From Octopus bimaculoides (taxonomy: Eukaryota): a stretch of 64,000 nt of DNA. The first letter of the stretch is position 1. Each line of letters starts with the position of its first letter. Where the stretch lies: assembly GCF_001194135.2 (NCBI RefSeq), contig NC_069002.1:27770646-27834645 (forward strand), written 5' to 3'. This document shows positions 25,153-38,319 of the stretch, piece by piece. The notes beneath the pieces were generated by a model. It saw nothing but the letters and a program-made list of their open reading frames with translations, did no database searches and was not told the origin of the DNA. Position numbers and translations under genes: made by a program.

Positions 25153-26339
25153 ATGCTCACATGCATGCAATTGGGCCGCTCACCCAATTTCCTTCTCAAA
25201 ACATCTCCACTTGACACTTATCCAAGATACAGCACAGTGGAATTAAGTGAAACTGTGTAGCTGCAAAGTAAACTTCTTCTGTGGTCATGCCTGATTAAAC
25301 GTGCACCAAAAAAACTCAAACAAAAGATTATTCTAACCCGAACAAGAAACATGGTTTATACGATGGTGATGCTTATATATAACTATTGCATAATGTTAAA
25401 ACAAGGAGACATAAGCACTTGTACACATACTCATTCACACAGAACCTTCATTCAGTTTCTGCCTAACAAATCCAAAGATTTGCTTAGCTCAGAGCTACAG
25501 ATGGAGACACTTGCTTAAGGTGCCATTCAGTGAGGTTGAACTTGAAACCACATGGTTTGGAAGTGAACTTCTCTTAATGTTCACTGACAGCCCAGCAGGA
25601 GACATCTTGCTGCTGTACAAATCTTCATAAAACTTAAGCAATGTTAGTAAAATGATATTTAATCAAAAGCAACTGGTTCTATAAATAGAATCAAGAATTT
25701 TCTTTCTCTCAGGATGTTAAAATTATCGGGGAAAAAACAAAAAGTCTTAATTTTACTTCAGACAAACAGTAAGTTACTGTCTAACTCAAGGCAGTGCAGA
25801 TCAAGAAACCCTAGTGATCTGTAGAACAGCTGTAATCTGCAGATCCAATGCACAAGATATACTTTGCTATTCCTCCCCGAGGACATCACTGCCATTGATG
25901 TGCAGTGACTGAACACATGGGATGCAATGTAGCATTGTGGGAATGTTACATTTTCTTACCCAGCAAATCTGTTGCCCTATGGCTCTAGATTCTGGTGGTA
26001 GCCACACCTGAGGCAGTAATATTATGACAAGAAAAAACACCATCTTCTTACTACAACTTAGAGATGAGACTTCAGAACCCCTATCGACAAAGAGATGCAA
26101 CATGTAACCATCCAGCTTATGAAAGATAATTGGCGCTAATGCCATTCAACTTTACAACAGACATGAAAACAATTTTGTTAAATGCCTGAACTGGTGGATG
26201 CATGCATTCTTTTTATTTGAATGTATTGGTGTGTACCATAAATATAGGATCACAAGAGGTGACAAGACACTAAGACCTGTCCAACTCAGGTTAGTACATA
26301 AAAATGGGAATTAAATAACAATTGTAAGGAGTTACTTAC

Positions 26340-26437
26340 CGGAACCTGCATTTGCTCCCAAATAGTGAGCTGATAAGGCGACAAATGTTGAGTAAAAAGA
26401 TTCATATTCTTCTGCATGATGGAGGATTTCATCTTCA
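26340..26437 (-). CDS. UBR4: UBR4 coding exon 2
   Basis: ttttccag| (S)EDEILHHAEEYESFYSTFVALSAHYLGANAGS |gtaagt; matches human ESEILHHEKQYEPFYSSFVALSTHY; phase 2 to 1. Confidence 0.95.
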
Positions 26438-26681
26438 CTGGAAAAAAAAAAAGAAAATTCTTTTTAAAAACAAGCCAAAACTTATAAATTTATTGTGGAA
26501 AATTAAACACAATTCAAATATTGACCATAGTCAAAGATTATTGAAACACAAGTCAAATGAGACAAAACTTCAAAGCTGTTCTGTAACCTGATATTGATTG
26601 ACAGTTAAGAAAGTAAAACAAAATTGGCCTTTGATAAAATAAAAGCCTAAAGTATTTCTGACATACACTGATACAACTTTA

Positions 26682-27130
26682 CAAGGGTGGCCTGAAAAGT
26701 TCATAAGTTGACTATGAAATAGCGATGCTAAAGCAGTGAAATTGTGCATGCATTAATTTCAACTCATAAATAACTACAATGTTTCTTTCCAGGGAAGCTG
26801 ACTGTTCAAAGATGACTTCAAAGGTAATTAGTAGTGACTTCTCTTGAAAATGGAGAAAATTTGGCATCATAGTGTTATCAAGTACCTGCAGAAAAAAAGG
26901 GTTTAGCTCCCAAGGACATTCAAGCTGACATGGCTGCTATATTAGGGAATGATGCTCCATCTTAATCAACAGTGTAAAAGTAGGCAGCTGAATTTAGGAG
27001 GGGATGGGAGAGTCTTGAAGATGACATGGTTTGGACGTCCTGCAGTTGCCACCACCAAGGAAAACCATGATTGTGCCTACTACATGGTGATGGAGGACAG
27101 GCAATTGGCAATGGAAGTCAAACATCAAAG
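26682..27130 (+). mobile_element. Mariner transposon relic (5' TIR and transposase N-terminus)
   Basis: TA-CAAGGGTGGCCTGAAAAGTTC terminus; MEKIWHHSVIKYLQKK/GLAPKDIQADMAAILGNDAPS*STV*K*AAEFRRGWESLEDD..GRPAVATT from 26850; cut off by a SINE. Confidence 0.85.
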
Positions 27131-27134
27131 ATTG

Positions 27135-27843
27135 TGGTAAGTAGCTTGCTTACCAACCACATGGTTCTGGGTTCAGTCCCACTGCGTGGCATCTTGGGCA
27201 AGTGTCTTCTACTAAAGCCTCGGGCCGACCAAAGCCTTGAGTGGATTTGGTAGACGGAAACTGAAAGAAGCCCATCGTATATATGTATGTATATACGTAN
27301 NNNNNNNNNNNNNNNNNNNNNNNNNNNNNNNNNNNNNNNNNNNNNNNNNNNNNNNNNNNNNNNNNNNNNNNNNNNNNNNNNNNNNNNNNNNNNNNNNNNN
27401 NNNNNNNNNNNNNNNNNNNNNNNNNNNNNNNNNNNNNNNNNNNNNNNNNNNNNNNNNNNNNNNGATTGTGGTAAGTAGCTTGCTTACCAACCACATGGTT
27501 CTGGGTTCAGTCCCACTGCGTGGCATCTTGGGCAAGTGTCTTCTACTAAAGCCTCGGGCCGACCAAAGCCTTGAGTGGATTTGGTAGACGGAAACTGAAA
27601 GAAGCCCATCGTATATATGTATGTATGTATGTGTGTCTGTGTTTGTCCCCCCAACTTCGCTTGACAACTGATGCTGGTGTGTTTATGTCCCCGTAACTTA
27701 GCGGTTCGGCAAAAAGAGCCTGATAGAATAAGTACTAGGCTTACAAAGAATAAGTCCTGGGGTCGATTTGCTCGACTACAAGGCGGTGCCCAAGCATGGC
27801 CGCAGTCAAATGACCGAAACAAGTAAAAGAGTAAAAAGAGAGT
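27135..27843 (+). mobile_element. SINE family A spanning an N-gap
   Basis: Same family; its 5' ~165 bp appears on both sides of gap 27300-27463. Confidence 0.85.
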
Positions 27844-30043
27844 CAGAGTATTCGATAGTATCGTCTTCTAATTGTTTCAGAATTTGACAAACAACCATCA
27901 ATTTTAGGAAAAGGAGTATTGAATATGTTGATTGCATTGACCCAAGTACTTAACTGGTACTTATTTATTGACCCTGAAAGAATGAAAGGCAAGTCAACCA
28001 CAAAAGCATTTGAACTCAGTACATAAACAGTTGGAAGAAATGCCACTAAGTATCGTCCTGCACAGCAATTATTCTGCCAACTTGCCACCTTAGAATCATA
28101 TAATCTTAGCAGTGTTAGCTTATATGGTCAAGTTTTGGGGAGTTATTATATCCTGAAAACATCTATTACATAATAATACTATATACAGGCAGGTAGAGTT
28201 ATATATGCGGTGTATTGAACTCCTAATGAATATACAACAAATGTTATATATTTGTTTAAATAATTAAAATCTGCCAATCACATGGCATGCACGAGTTTTA
28301 TGTGACGTTGTCCTTTTTTTTTTTCTCTTCTTCTTATATATATTGCGATTAAAATAAACAGGGACACACGAATCCATCACTACAGGATCACGGTTGATGT
28401 CGTTACCCCTTCACATATGTTCTGCTGCTGGTTGTGTTTCCGCTATGGCCAGATAGAAATTCACAGGTTATGGCCATTTGATCCTTGTTCCTATACCAGT
28501 GATTATCAAATAAGGTAATTACAAAACTTGGCAATATATAATACTGACAAGAATCTATGGGTAACATTTACTTCTCTTGCTAAACTACACTCAACTCCCA
28601 GCTCAAATGCCACTTTTTGAACTCATTACATTAAAAGAATGCATGAAAGCACATGTCTTCATGGCTGGGGTGTTGAGCCTCATAAACATAAAGGTGTGAA
28701 TTTGATTCTTGGACCAGGTGACATGTTGCCCCTGACTGGCCTTCGTGCCAGTGGCACGTAAAAGCACCCACTACACTCTCAGAGTGGTTGGCATTAGGAA
28801 GGGCATCCAGCTGTAGAAACTCTGCCAAATCAGATTGGAGCCTGGTGTAGCCATCTGGTTCACCAGTCCTCAGTCAAATCGTCCAACCCATGCTAGTATG
28901 GAAAGCGGACGTTAAACGATGTTGATGATGATTTCATTTCACATTGCTCCAGTCTATTCTAATGAAAATGAGTACCAGCTGCCTACTGGTGCAGCCCACT
29001 CTCACTCCAGCTGTCACATCCTCAATGTTCCACTAGGTCAACTACAAGAAATCCAAGAGCATGTCTACATCTACTTGCACCTACATAGACATCTAAAACA
29101 ATTAGCAAAAGTGTGGTACCTACAACCAAGTCATACAGCTATGCATTATGTCCAAGCATCAACATTGCTCATGATAATTATCGAGAATTAGAATTATGAC
29201 AAGGATGACTTGAGCTGTTACACTTCTCGTTGACCTTTGACATGGTTCAACAACCAATCCCAAAATGTTGGGAGTCAGTGCAGGTTGTACTATTCATCCT
29301 TTCAACTGCTGAATACAAAACGTGGCTCACGGGGCCTTCATTTTGGCTGATTTTCCTGAGTCACCATCTCACACTTGTGCATCAATCCATCACAAGGTTA
29401 CCCATTCACAGCTGAGTGGACTGGAGCAACATGAAACGAAGGGTCTTGCTCAAGATCACAATGCACAGCCAGTCTAGTAATTAAAAGCATGACCTAGTGA
29501 TCACAAGTGCAACACCCTAACCACTAAGCCATGCACCTTCACCATACACTGGAGAAGACACTTTCCTTATGTGGTCAGTCCTTTTGAGCCTGTTCACCTG
29601 TAAACGCATGGACAACTTGATGCATTTACAACAATCAATTCTTCATTATTGCCAAGATTAAAAATTTCAATTCAGACCTTCTATGAGAAAGCTACAGATA
29701 GATACAAGGAAAGAAATATGCTTAACCTCTTAGTATTCAAACTGGCCACCATCAAACCACCTGTTGTATATTTACATAGGCCAGCTCTGGCCTCTTACCT
29801 TACAATGTCACTAAAAAAAATAAACAATCACATCAGTGAAATCTCCAAGCTCTGAGGTAATGCATAATTAATTCAAAACAATGTGAATAAATAAGCATTA
29901 CATCTGACAATAATACTAATACTAAAGGGTTAAGGTGAAGATGAATGTCTGTCAATGTTCAATCTTCAAATTTTCATTTGCAAGGCGTTGCACTTAAAAT
30001 GTTAAACTTCTGCAAATAAGCTTTATATTTTAGAACTATGAGA

Positions 30044-30436
30044 GGCGCAGGAGTGGCTGTGTGGTAAGTAGCTTGCTTACCAACCACATGGTTCCCGGTT
30101 CAGTCCCACTGCGTGGCACCTTGGGCAAGTGTCTTCTACTATAGCCTCGGGCCGACCAAAGCCTTGTGAGTGGATTTGGTAGACGGAAATTGAAAGAAGC
30201 TTGTCATATATATATATATATATATCTATATATGTGTGTGTGTGTATGTGTCCCCAACATCGCTTGACAACCGATGCTGGTGTTTTTACGTCCCCATAAT
30301 TTAGCGGTTCGGCAAAAAGAGACCGATAGAATAAGTACTAGGCTTACAAAGAATAAGTCCTGGGGTCGATTTTCTCGACTAAAGGCAGTGCTCCAGCATG
30401 GCCGCAGTCAAATGACTGAAACAAGTAAAAGAGTAA
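30044..30436 (+). mobile_element. tRNA-derived SINE, family A, reference copy
   Basis: Head GGCGCAGGAGTGGCTGTGTGG..GGTTCAGTCCC, CORE-like ACCTTGGGCAAGTG motif, internal (TA)/(TG) microsatellite, 3' GAAACAAGTAAAAGAG. About 20 further copies, e.g. 5386-5780, 6290-6700, 7236-7590, 23715-24075, 32120-32475, 54235-54420, 60255-60406. Confidence 0.9.
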
Positions 30437-31677
30437 GTGACCAGCATCAGAACTCTGGCCTCTTCTCTCATACTTCAACACCTCATTTAGTACAAAACCA
30501 CCTTTCTCAGGGTTTATAATCTTACAAGCTGCATGGTGACCTCACTACTGCTGGTAGCATGAAAGCACCCAGCACATGCTGCAAAGTAGTTGGCATTAGG
30601 AAGGGCATCCGGCTGTAAAAGACCATGCCCAAGTAGACAATAGAGCATGATGCAATCCTTGGACCAGTTTTCATTTTTCATGGTTTTGTAATATTTTTAT
30701 TATTAATTTCTCAAAAACATAAGTTGCTTTCAGAACAGTGTGTCTTGAAAACAAACAGTACAACCCATGCCAGCATGGAATGTGGACATTAAATGATGAT
30801 GAGTCAGGTCAAGAATTGCCTGCGATAAAACTCAAAGAAGGCTTAAGGTCAACATGGTTAAGTGAATTAGTATTCTCTATCAAAGACTACATGGTGTATC
30901 TGTCAGAAGAATTTATAATGTAATAACTGAAATTAGCATGTAATATAAGATATAAACATGTGGCTGGAGGTGCAATGTCAATTTGAACGACAGTTTGAGC
31001 ATAAACGAGTAAAAAAAATTACCTAAAAATTAAGATATTAGTTTATTTTATTTATCCAACCTTGGCCAGCATCAAAAACAATGACAATAAAAGACCTGCA
31101 ATATTTGCATGTTTTCCAAAAAGACGAAAAGAAAAAAAAATTGGGGGNNNNNNNNNNGTTTTCCAAAAAGACGAAAAGAAAAAAAAATGGGGGGGGGGGG
31201 GCAAGGCTATGTGTTTAAGAAGTTTACTTTGCAATCGCATGCATTCAGATTCAATCTCATTGTAAGGCACCTTGGTTAAATAAAACTATAGCCCAGGCTG
31301 ACCAATACCTTACAAGTATTTTTGGCAGATGAAAACTGTATAGAAGCCTATCATGTATTTGTCTTATTGTTTTAACATCCATTTTTCCATGCATGTATGG
31401 GTTAGGCAGAATTATGTATGTAAATAGGTGTGAGCATACACAAATATTGATATTCTGTTGCTTTGCTTGTCACCACCTGAGAAAGACTGATCCGATGTTT
31501 ACATTTCTTGTTGATATTGTGACTGGTCACTGGGTGCTTTCAATACAAAATCCCATACTAGAAAAACAAAGATTGTTGACAGGAAGAGCATCTGGCCATA
31601 AAATTCTACTTCAGATATTATATCTCCATCCAACCGACATGAATGTGGAAAAATGGAAATTAAACAAATAATACTCT

Positions 31678-32042
31678 CTCTTTACTCTTTTACTCATTTC
31701 AGTCATTTGACTGCGACCATGCTGGAGCACCGCCTTTAGTCGAGCAAATCGACCCCAGGAGTTATTCTTTGGAAGCCTAGTACTTATTCTATCGGTCTCT
31801 TTTTGCTGAACCAGTAAGTTACGGGGACTTAAACACACCAGCATCAGTTGTCAAGCGATGATGGGAGGGACAAACACACATACATATATATACATACATA
31901 CGACGGGCTTCTTTCAGTTTCCATCTACGTCGGCCTGAGGCTATAGTAGAAGACACTTGCCCTAGGTGCCACGCAGTGGGACTGAACTCGGAACCATGTG
32001 GTTGGTAAGCAAGCTACTTACCACACAGCCACTCCTGCGCCT
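31678..32042 (-). mobile_element. SINE family A, near full length
   Basis: Reverse complement of the 30044 copy. Confidence 0.9.
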
Positions 32043-34239
32043 ATAATGGGTAATTTAGACTGAACAGTTTGAACAGAATTTGATGCCAGTAGTTTCTTGC
32101 CTCACTCACAGTTTTGTTGCTGTGGCCAAGATGGAGCACTGCCTTGAAGGGTTTTAGTCAAACAAATCGACCCCAAGACTTATTTCTTAAGCATAGTATT
32201 TATTCTATCAGTCCCTTTTGCTGAACTGCTAGATTATGGGGGCATAAACACACCAACACCGGTTGTCAAGTGGTGATGGAGGTAAAAAGACACATACACA
32301 CACGTGCACATACATATCTATGATGGGCTTCTTTCCATCTACCAAATCTACTCACAAGGCTTTGGTTAACCCAAGGCTACAGTAGAAGACACTTGCCCAA
32401 GCTGCCACACAGTGGAACCTGAACCCAGAACCATGTGGTTGGGAAGCAAGCTTCTTACCACACAGCCATATCTGTGCTTTACAGGTAAATTTATAGTTAT
32501 GAGCTTGGCGCAGTATTGACTTGCCACTTCCAGTCAAACCAGCCAACCCATGCCAGCATGGAAAACAGATGTCAAATTGTGATGATAATGATGAAATGAA
32601 GCAAGGCCTAAACATATTGAGGACACTGTTGCAGAATTTTTAATGTTACAAATGGAATGAAAACTAAAATTCGCAAGAACTTCTTGCCAAATTGTTAATG
32701 TTACGGGTGGAATGAAACCGAAATCTATTGAGGATTACCTTGATGACTTGAATATTATGAAATGGATTGAGAACTACACTTATCGTGGACTATCATGCCA
32801 AATACAATATTACAAATGGATTAAGAACTAAGGATTATCTTACCATAGTTTTGCGAATCCAGAGGTTTGCTGATAAAGCATTTTTACTATTTTGAGATCT
32901 TTTATGACATTAAACCTGTTTCAGCAGACTTTAAGAATTAATACACAGAAAATGAAATTTTTTTTTTTTTTTTAACTAGATTCTTCTGTTCTGAAAGATG
33001 TTTTCTGACTGCCTGCTTTCCTTATTAAATACTTTCATTCTTATATCTAGTCTGATATATATATATAAACTCTTTTTCACTTGACACACAGTTTATTCAG
33101 TCTTATTGAAAATTTCTACACAGATGTAACTTGAATGCCAATTATAGAAACCACAACCATTTTTTAGGGAAATTAATAAGTTATGAACTTTTAGAGACTG
33201 AAATTTTTTGTGATTTTAGCCAGTCAGATCCATCCATTCTCAACATTATGGAAGTCCACAAATTGATATTTGTAAATGTTCCTACTAAATGAGACCAACA
33301 CAAGGTTAGAGGTTCGAGTTTAAGGTTTAGGGCTTGCAATGCACAGCAATATTTTATTATAAAATGTTAATTTGTTGTTTTATTTCATTTAATATTTTTC
33401 ATCTTTAAAGGTTTTGTAATATCTTTATTATTAATTTCTCAAAAAAAAAAAAAAAAGTTGCTTTTAGAACTGTGTCTCGAAAACAAAAGCTAAAAAATGC
33501 AGTACTTTCCAAAATATCATGCTGTTGTGTCAATAATTAATGGATCAGATTGGCTTAAAATTACAAAAAAAAATTCAGTCTTTAAAAGGTATTTTTAACT
33601 ATTTTATTATCAATTTTTTTTAATTCTAATTTTCATGACAGGCATGCAAAACTACATCTGGATAAAAACCATGAATAAAATTGGACAATGTCAAACTGAA
33701 AAGATCCTATGTTCATCATCATTTTATTGTCCTCTTTTTCATGCTTGCGTGGGTTGGACAGAGTTTACTGAGGCAGATTTTCTATGGCCACATGCCTTTC
33801 TCGTCACCTGTTTCCAAACAAGATAATATTTTCCCCGTGGCCAGAGGTTATTGTAGAATATTGGAAATGAATGACACTTTATATGACAGTGATGTTTTGC
33901 AACTACCAAACAATGTCAAGAGAAGGAGGCACGCTCACACACACACACGACAAGCTTCTTTCAGTTTCCACCGACAAAATCCACTCACAAGGCTTTGGTT
34001 GGCCTGGGGCTATAGTAGAAGACACTCGCCCAAGGTACCACACAACACACAATGAAACTGAACCCAGAACCATGTGAATGGAAAGCAAACTTCTTACCAC
34101 ATGGTCATGCTTGCACATAAATTGACAAATATTAGCATTTAAGATAATACCATTAGATTTCAGTTTCTAGGAAATAGCTATTATGTGATGAGGGAAATGG
34201 TAAGCAGAGATTCTAAAAAAGAAGTAATGAACATGTATA

Positions 34240-34575
34240 TTGTTGTTGTTGGGACTCCGTCGCTTACGACATCGAGGGTTCCAGTTGCTCTGATCAACGG
34301 AACAGCCTGCTCGTGAAATTAACGTGCAAGTGGCTGAGCACTCCACAGACACGTCTACCCTTAACGTAGTTCTCGGGGGATATTCAGCGTGACAAGGCTG
34401 ACACTTTGAATTAGAGGCACAACAGAAACAGGAAGAAAGAGTGAGAGAAAGTTGTGGTGAAAGAGTACAGCAGGGTTCGCCACCACCCCCTGCCGGAGCC
34501 GCGTGGAGCTTTAGGTGTTTTCGCTCAATAAACACTCACAACGCCCGGTCTGGGAATCGAAACCGCAATCCTATG
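34240..34575 (-). mobile_element. SINE family B (head lost in gap); partial copies also at 1-229, 52866-53155 and 60420-60540
   Basis: Direct sequence similarity to 46591-46974. Confidence 0.88.
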
Positions 34576-35649
34576 NNNNNNNNNNNNNNNNNNNNNNNNN
34601 NNNNNNNNNNNNNNNNNNNNNNNNNNNNNNNNNNNNNNNNNNNNNNNNNNNNNNNNNNNNNNNNNNNNNNNNNNNNNNNNNNNNNNNNNNNNNNNNNNNN
34701 NNNNNNNNNNNNNNNNNNNNNNNNNNNNNNNNNNNNNNNNNNNNNNNNNNNNNNNNNNNNNNNNNNNNNNNNNNNNNNNNNNNNNNNNNNNNNNNNNNNN
34801 NNNNNNNNNNNNNNNNNNNNNNNNNNNNNNNNNNNNNNNNNNNNNNNNNNNNNNNNNNNNNNNNNNNNNNNNNNNNNNNNNNNNNNNNNNNNNNNNNNNN
34901 NNNNNNNNNNNNNNNNNNNNNNNNNNNNNNNNNNNNNNNNNNNNNNNNNNNNNNNNNNNNNNNNNNNNNNNNNNNNNNNNNNNNNNNNNNNNNNNNNNNN
35001 NNNNNNNNNNNNNNNNNNNNNNNNNNNNNNNNNNNNNNNNNNNNNNNNNNNNNNNNNNNNNNNNNNNNNNNNNNNNNNNNNNNNNNNNNNNNNNNNNNNN
35101 NNNNNNNNNNNNNNNNNNNNNNNNNNNNNNNNNNNNNNNNNNNNNNNNNNNNNNNNNNNNNNNNNNNNNNNNNNNNNNNNNTCTCAATAGCATTAATAAT
35201 GCCAGTATTAAATCACTATTTCAAAGTAATAAAAAACAAAAACATTAAAAAGCCTTACTGTCTATACGTTGATTCATTAACTCTTAGAGCATTGCCAGAC
35301 CAATATATCAGATTCAGTAATATAGTGAAAAAACACTACACAACTAAAATACCAAACCGTCTGCTTAACTGCCAACAAACTAATCATGCTGCAAATTACA
35401 TCTTACAGTCAGCGGGTATTGTTTACAAAATTTTTGTGTTTTATCTTTTTACCTTTTCTTTTATTTGTTTCAGTCACTAGACTCAGCTCATGCTGGAGCA
35501 CCACCTTCAGGAATTTTTAGTCAAAGGAATCAACTTCCAGTACTTATTATTTTTTTTTTTTGAGCTTAGGATTTATTTTATCATTCTCTTTTGCTGAACC
35601 ACTAAGTTACATGGGACGTAAACAAGCCAACATCAGTTGTCAAGCAATG

Positions 35650-36775
35650 GTAGGGGACAAACACACACACACACAATCATTTATCATCCATTTTCCATGC
35701 TGACATGGGGTTGGACGGTTTGACAAGAGCTGAGTAGCTGTTTTGGCATAGTTTCTACAGCTGGATGCCCTTCCTAACACCAACCACTTTACAGAGTGTA
35801 CACAGCACCAGCACAGGTGCATTTACATGGCACCAGTACAGGTGCCTTTTACATGGTACCAGCATCTATGAGCCTGCAAGATTAGGAATTCAGGGGACAA
35901 GCCTGTATGCAAGGACAACCAATGCTTTTACTTAGCTTGGTGTGTTTTCTCAAGCACAGCAAACCGCCAGGAGTCTCAGTCCCCTGTCATCCCCTCTATG
36001 AGTCCCAACGTCTCTAGATCCTTTCTCACCACTTCGTCCCATGTCTTCCTGGGTCCACTCTTTCCACATGCTCCCTCTACAATTAGAGATCAGCACCTCC
36101 TGATGCAACTGTCTTCATTTATATGCATTACATAGCCGTACCAGTGCAGTCTTCTCTCTCACATACTGCATCAGATGCTATGTATACCTAGTTTTTCTCT
36201 CAAACCACTTACACTCTGTCATATAAGCATACTGACATTACTCATCCAGCAGAGCATACTGGATTCATTTCTTTCAAGCCTTCACATATCTTCAAGGTCA
36301 CAGCCCATGTCTCACTGCCATGTAGCATGGCTGTTCATACACAAGCATCATACAATCTGCTTTTCACTCTGAAGGAGAAGCCCTTCATTACTAACAGAGC
36401 TCTCTGAACTTGGCCCAGCCTTTTCTTATTCTAGCAACTATGCTTTCAGAACAACCTCCCCCAATACTAACTTGGCTGCCTAAATAATAGAAACTATCTA
36501 CTACTTCTAAGGATCCCCTCTGATATTTGAGAGAGTCTATTTTTTTGTACATTCCTGATGTTTAATGTACATGCACATCTGCCACATGTAAAGACTACTT
36601 TCTCTGTTAGGCTTCCCGTGATACCACTGCACCTCATATATGTCCATAGCTTGCACTGGGTACACCTTATGGAGTTTCTCCCAACACCTTTTCTACATAT
36701 CAAGTAGAGCCATCGCCCTGAAGGGATCTGTGATTTGTCTGTTCTCTTACTTATCAATACTATTGTCTTTGCTAA
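35650..36775 (-). mobile_element. Decayed RTE LINE 3' part with tail
   Basis: ICRKGVGRNSIRCTQCKLWTYMRCSG..CGRC segment plus downstream RTE C-terminal remnants and an RTE-type tail. Confidence 0.8.
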
Positions 36776-38319
36776 ATTAACTCTGAGGCGCTTTGATTCC
36801 AGCCCGTGCTTGCATACCTGAAGTGATGGGTTTCTTTCTATCTCTGTCTACCAAATCCACTCACAAGGCTTTGGTCAGCCTGTTGCTATAGTAGAAAGTA
36901 CCTGCCAAAGACACCATGCAGTCGGACCAAACCTGGAACCACGTGGTTGGAAAGCGAACTTCTTACTACACAGCCATGCCTGCATCTATGCATTTCTTAA
37001 TGATTTCCATGAAGGATACAGATAACAGCATGATAACAGTTGTAGTGATCAGGATATCGACAATGTTAGAAGCAATGGAAATGGTGTAATATCAGATTGT
37101 TTATATTCTGAAGAAGAGAGGCGACAGTGAGAATGATAGCAATGATGTATGTTGACAGTGGTGGAGTGCATTCATGTACTGGAGCTAGAAATTAAACATT
37201 TGTCCAGTTGTTCTTTAATAGATGAGTTAATTAGCATAATTAAATTTCAAGTGATTCAGTCAGTTGCTCAGCAAGATCTTTTTGCTTATAACACTTTTGA
37301 GTGAAAGTTATATAATGTTATTAGAGTCACAATGTTTTTCTGTTATTTTTTGCAGTAGAGACAAAATGGCTGTGAGCACCTATGTACTCGGCAAAATAAT
37401 GAAAGTCTTAAGGTTATCCGGTTTTATTTCCTGAAACGGTGAAATGCTTGTTGTTTCATTTTTTTAAACATGGCCATGTAATTACAAATGCAAACATTTA
37501 ACCATTTAACATTCAGATTACTCTGTCTAATGAGATGTCTGTTTAATCACATTAGTTTGAATTAATTATGCATTATCTCATAGCAACAATATTTTGATGA
37601 TGTGATCATTTATTTTTCAAATGATGTTGTAGGGTATGTGTGTGAGAGGCTGGATCTGTCCAGTTTGTGTATAAAACTGCTATTTGGGCTGAAGTGGCCA
37701 GTTTAAATGCTAAAAGGGTAAAACACTTTAAATGCATACAAAATATATTTACAGATGTGGCTGTGTGGCAAGAAGCTTTCTTCTCAACCACATGGTTCCA
37801 GGTTCAGTCCCACTGTGCAGCACCTTGGGCAAGTGTTGTCTACTATTATAGCCTCAGGCCGAGCAAGGCCTTGTGAGTGGATTTGGCAGACAGAAACAGA
37901 AAGAGGCCCATTGTATGTGTATATACAGATACATACATATTTCGAGTGTTGGGCTTCACGGAGGCAATGACCAAGACCTTTGGCATTATGTTGTGCATGA
38001 AAAGAAGACCCATGAAGCCGAGCAAAATCGCAATCGTGGCAGATACCGGAGTCATGCAAATTGGTACATAAATGCACCCTGGTGTCACACAAATGGCACC
38101 CATGCTGGTGGAATGATGAGACTTATTCCACATAAAACAGAAATCTTTCATTTTATGATCCAGAAAGTGAAACCATTGAAGTTGGCAGAGATCTACATTA
38201 TAGAAAAAAAAAGGTAAAAGTTGTGTGGTAGAACTCAACTAAACTTAGCAATGAAATCTGAGTGGAAGATTGTCTTTCTTTGAAACTGAAAGTTAATTTC
38301 AAAATTGTTTGTGTACAGA

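Noticed and set aside
27135-27628. Tandem duplication of a SINE 5' half
   Set aside because: About 165 bp are identical on both sides of the N-gap 27300-27463, the classic signature of an unmerged contig overlap.
28405-28510. Tyrosine-recombinase-like HxxR..GH..Y motif on the minus strand
   Set aside because: HWYR-to-GH spacing is about 9 residues shorter than in integrases and no upstream catalytic Arg region is seen; treated as coincidence pending an HHpred search.
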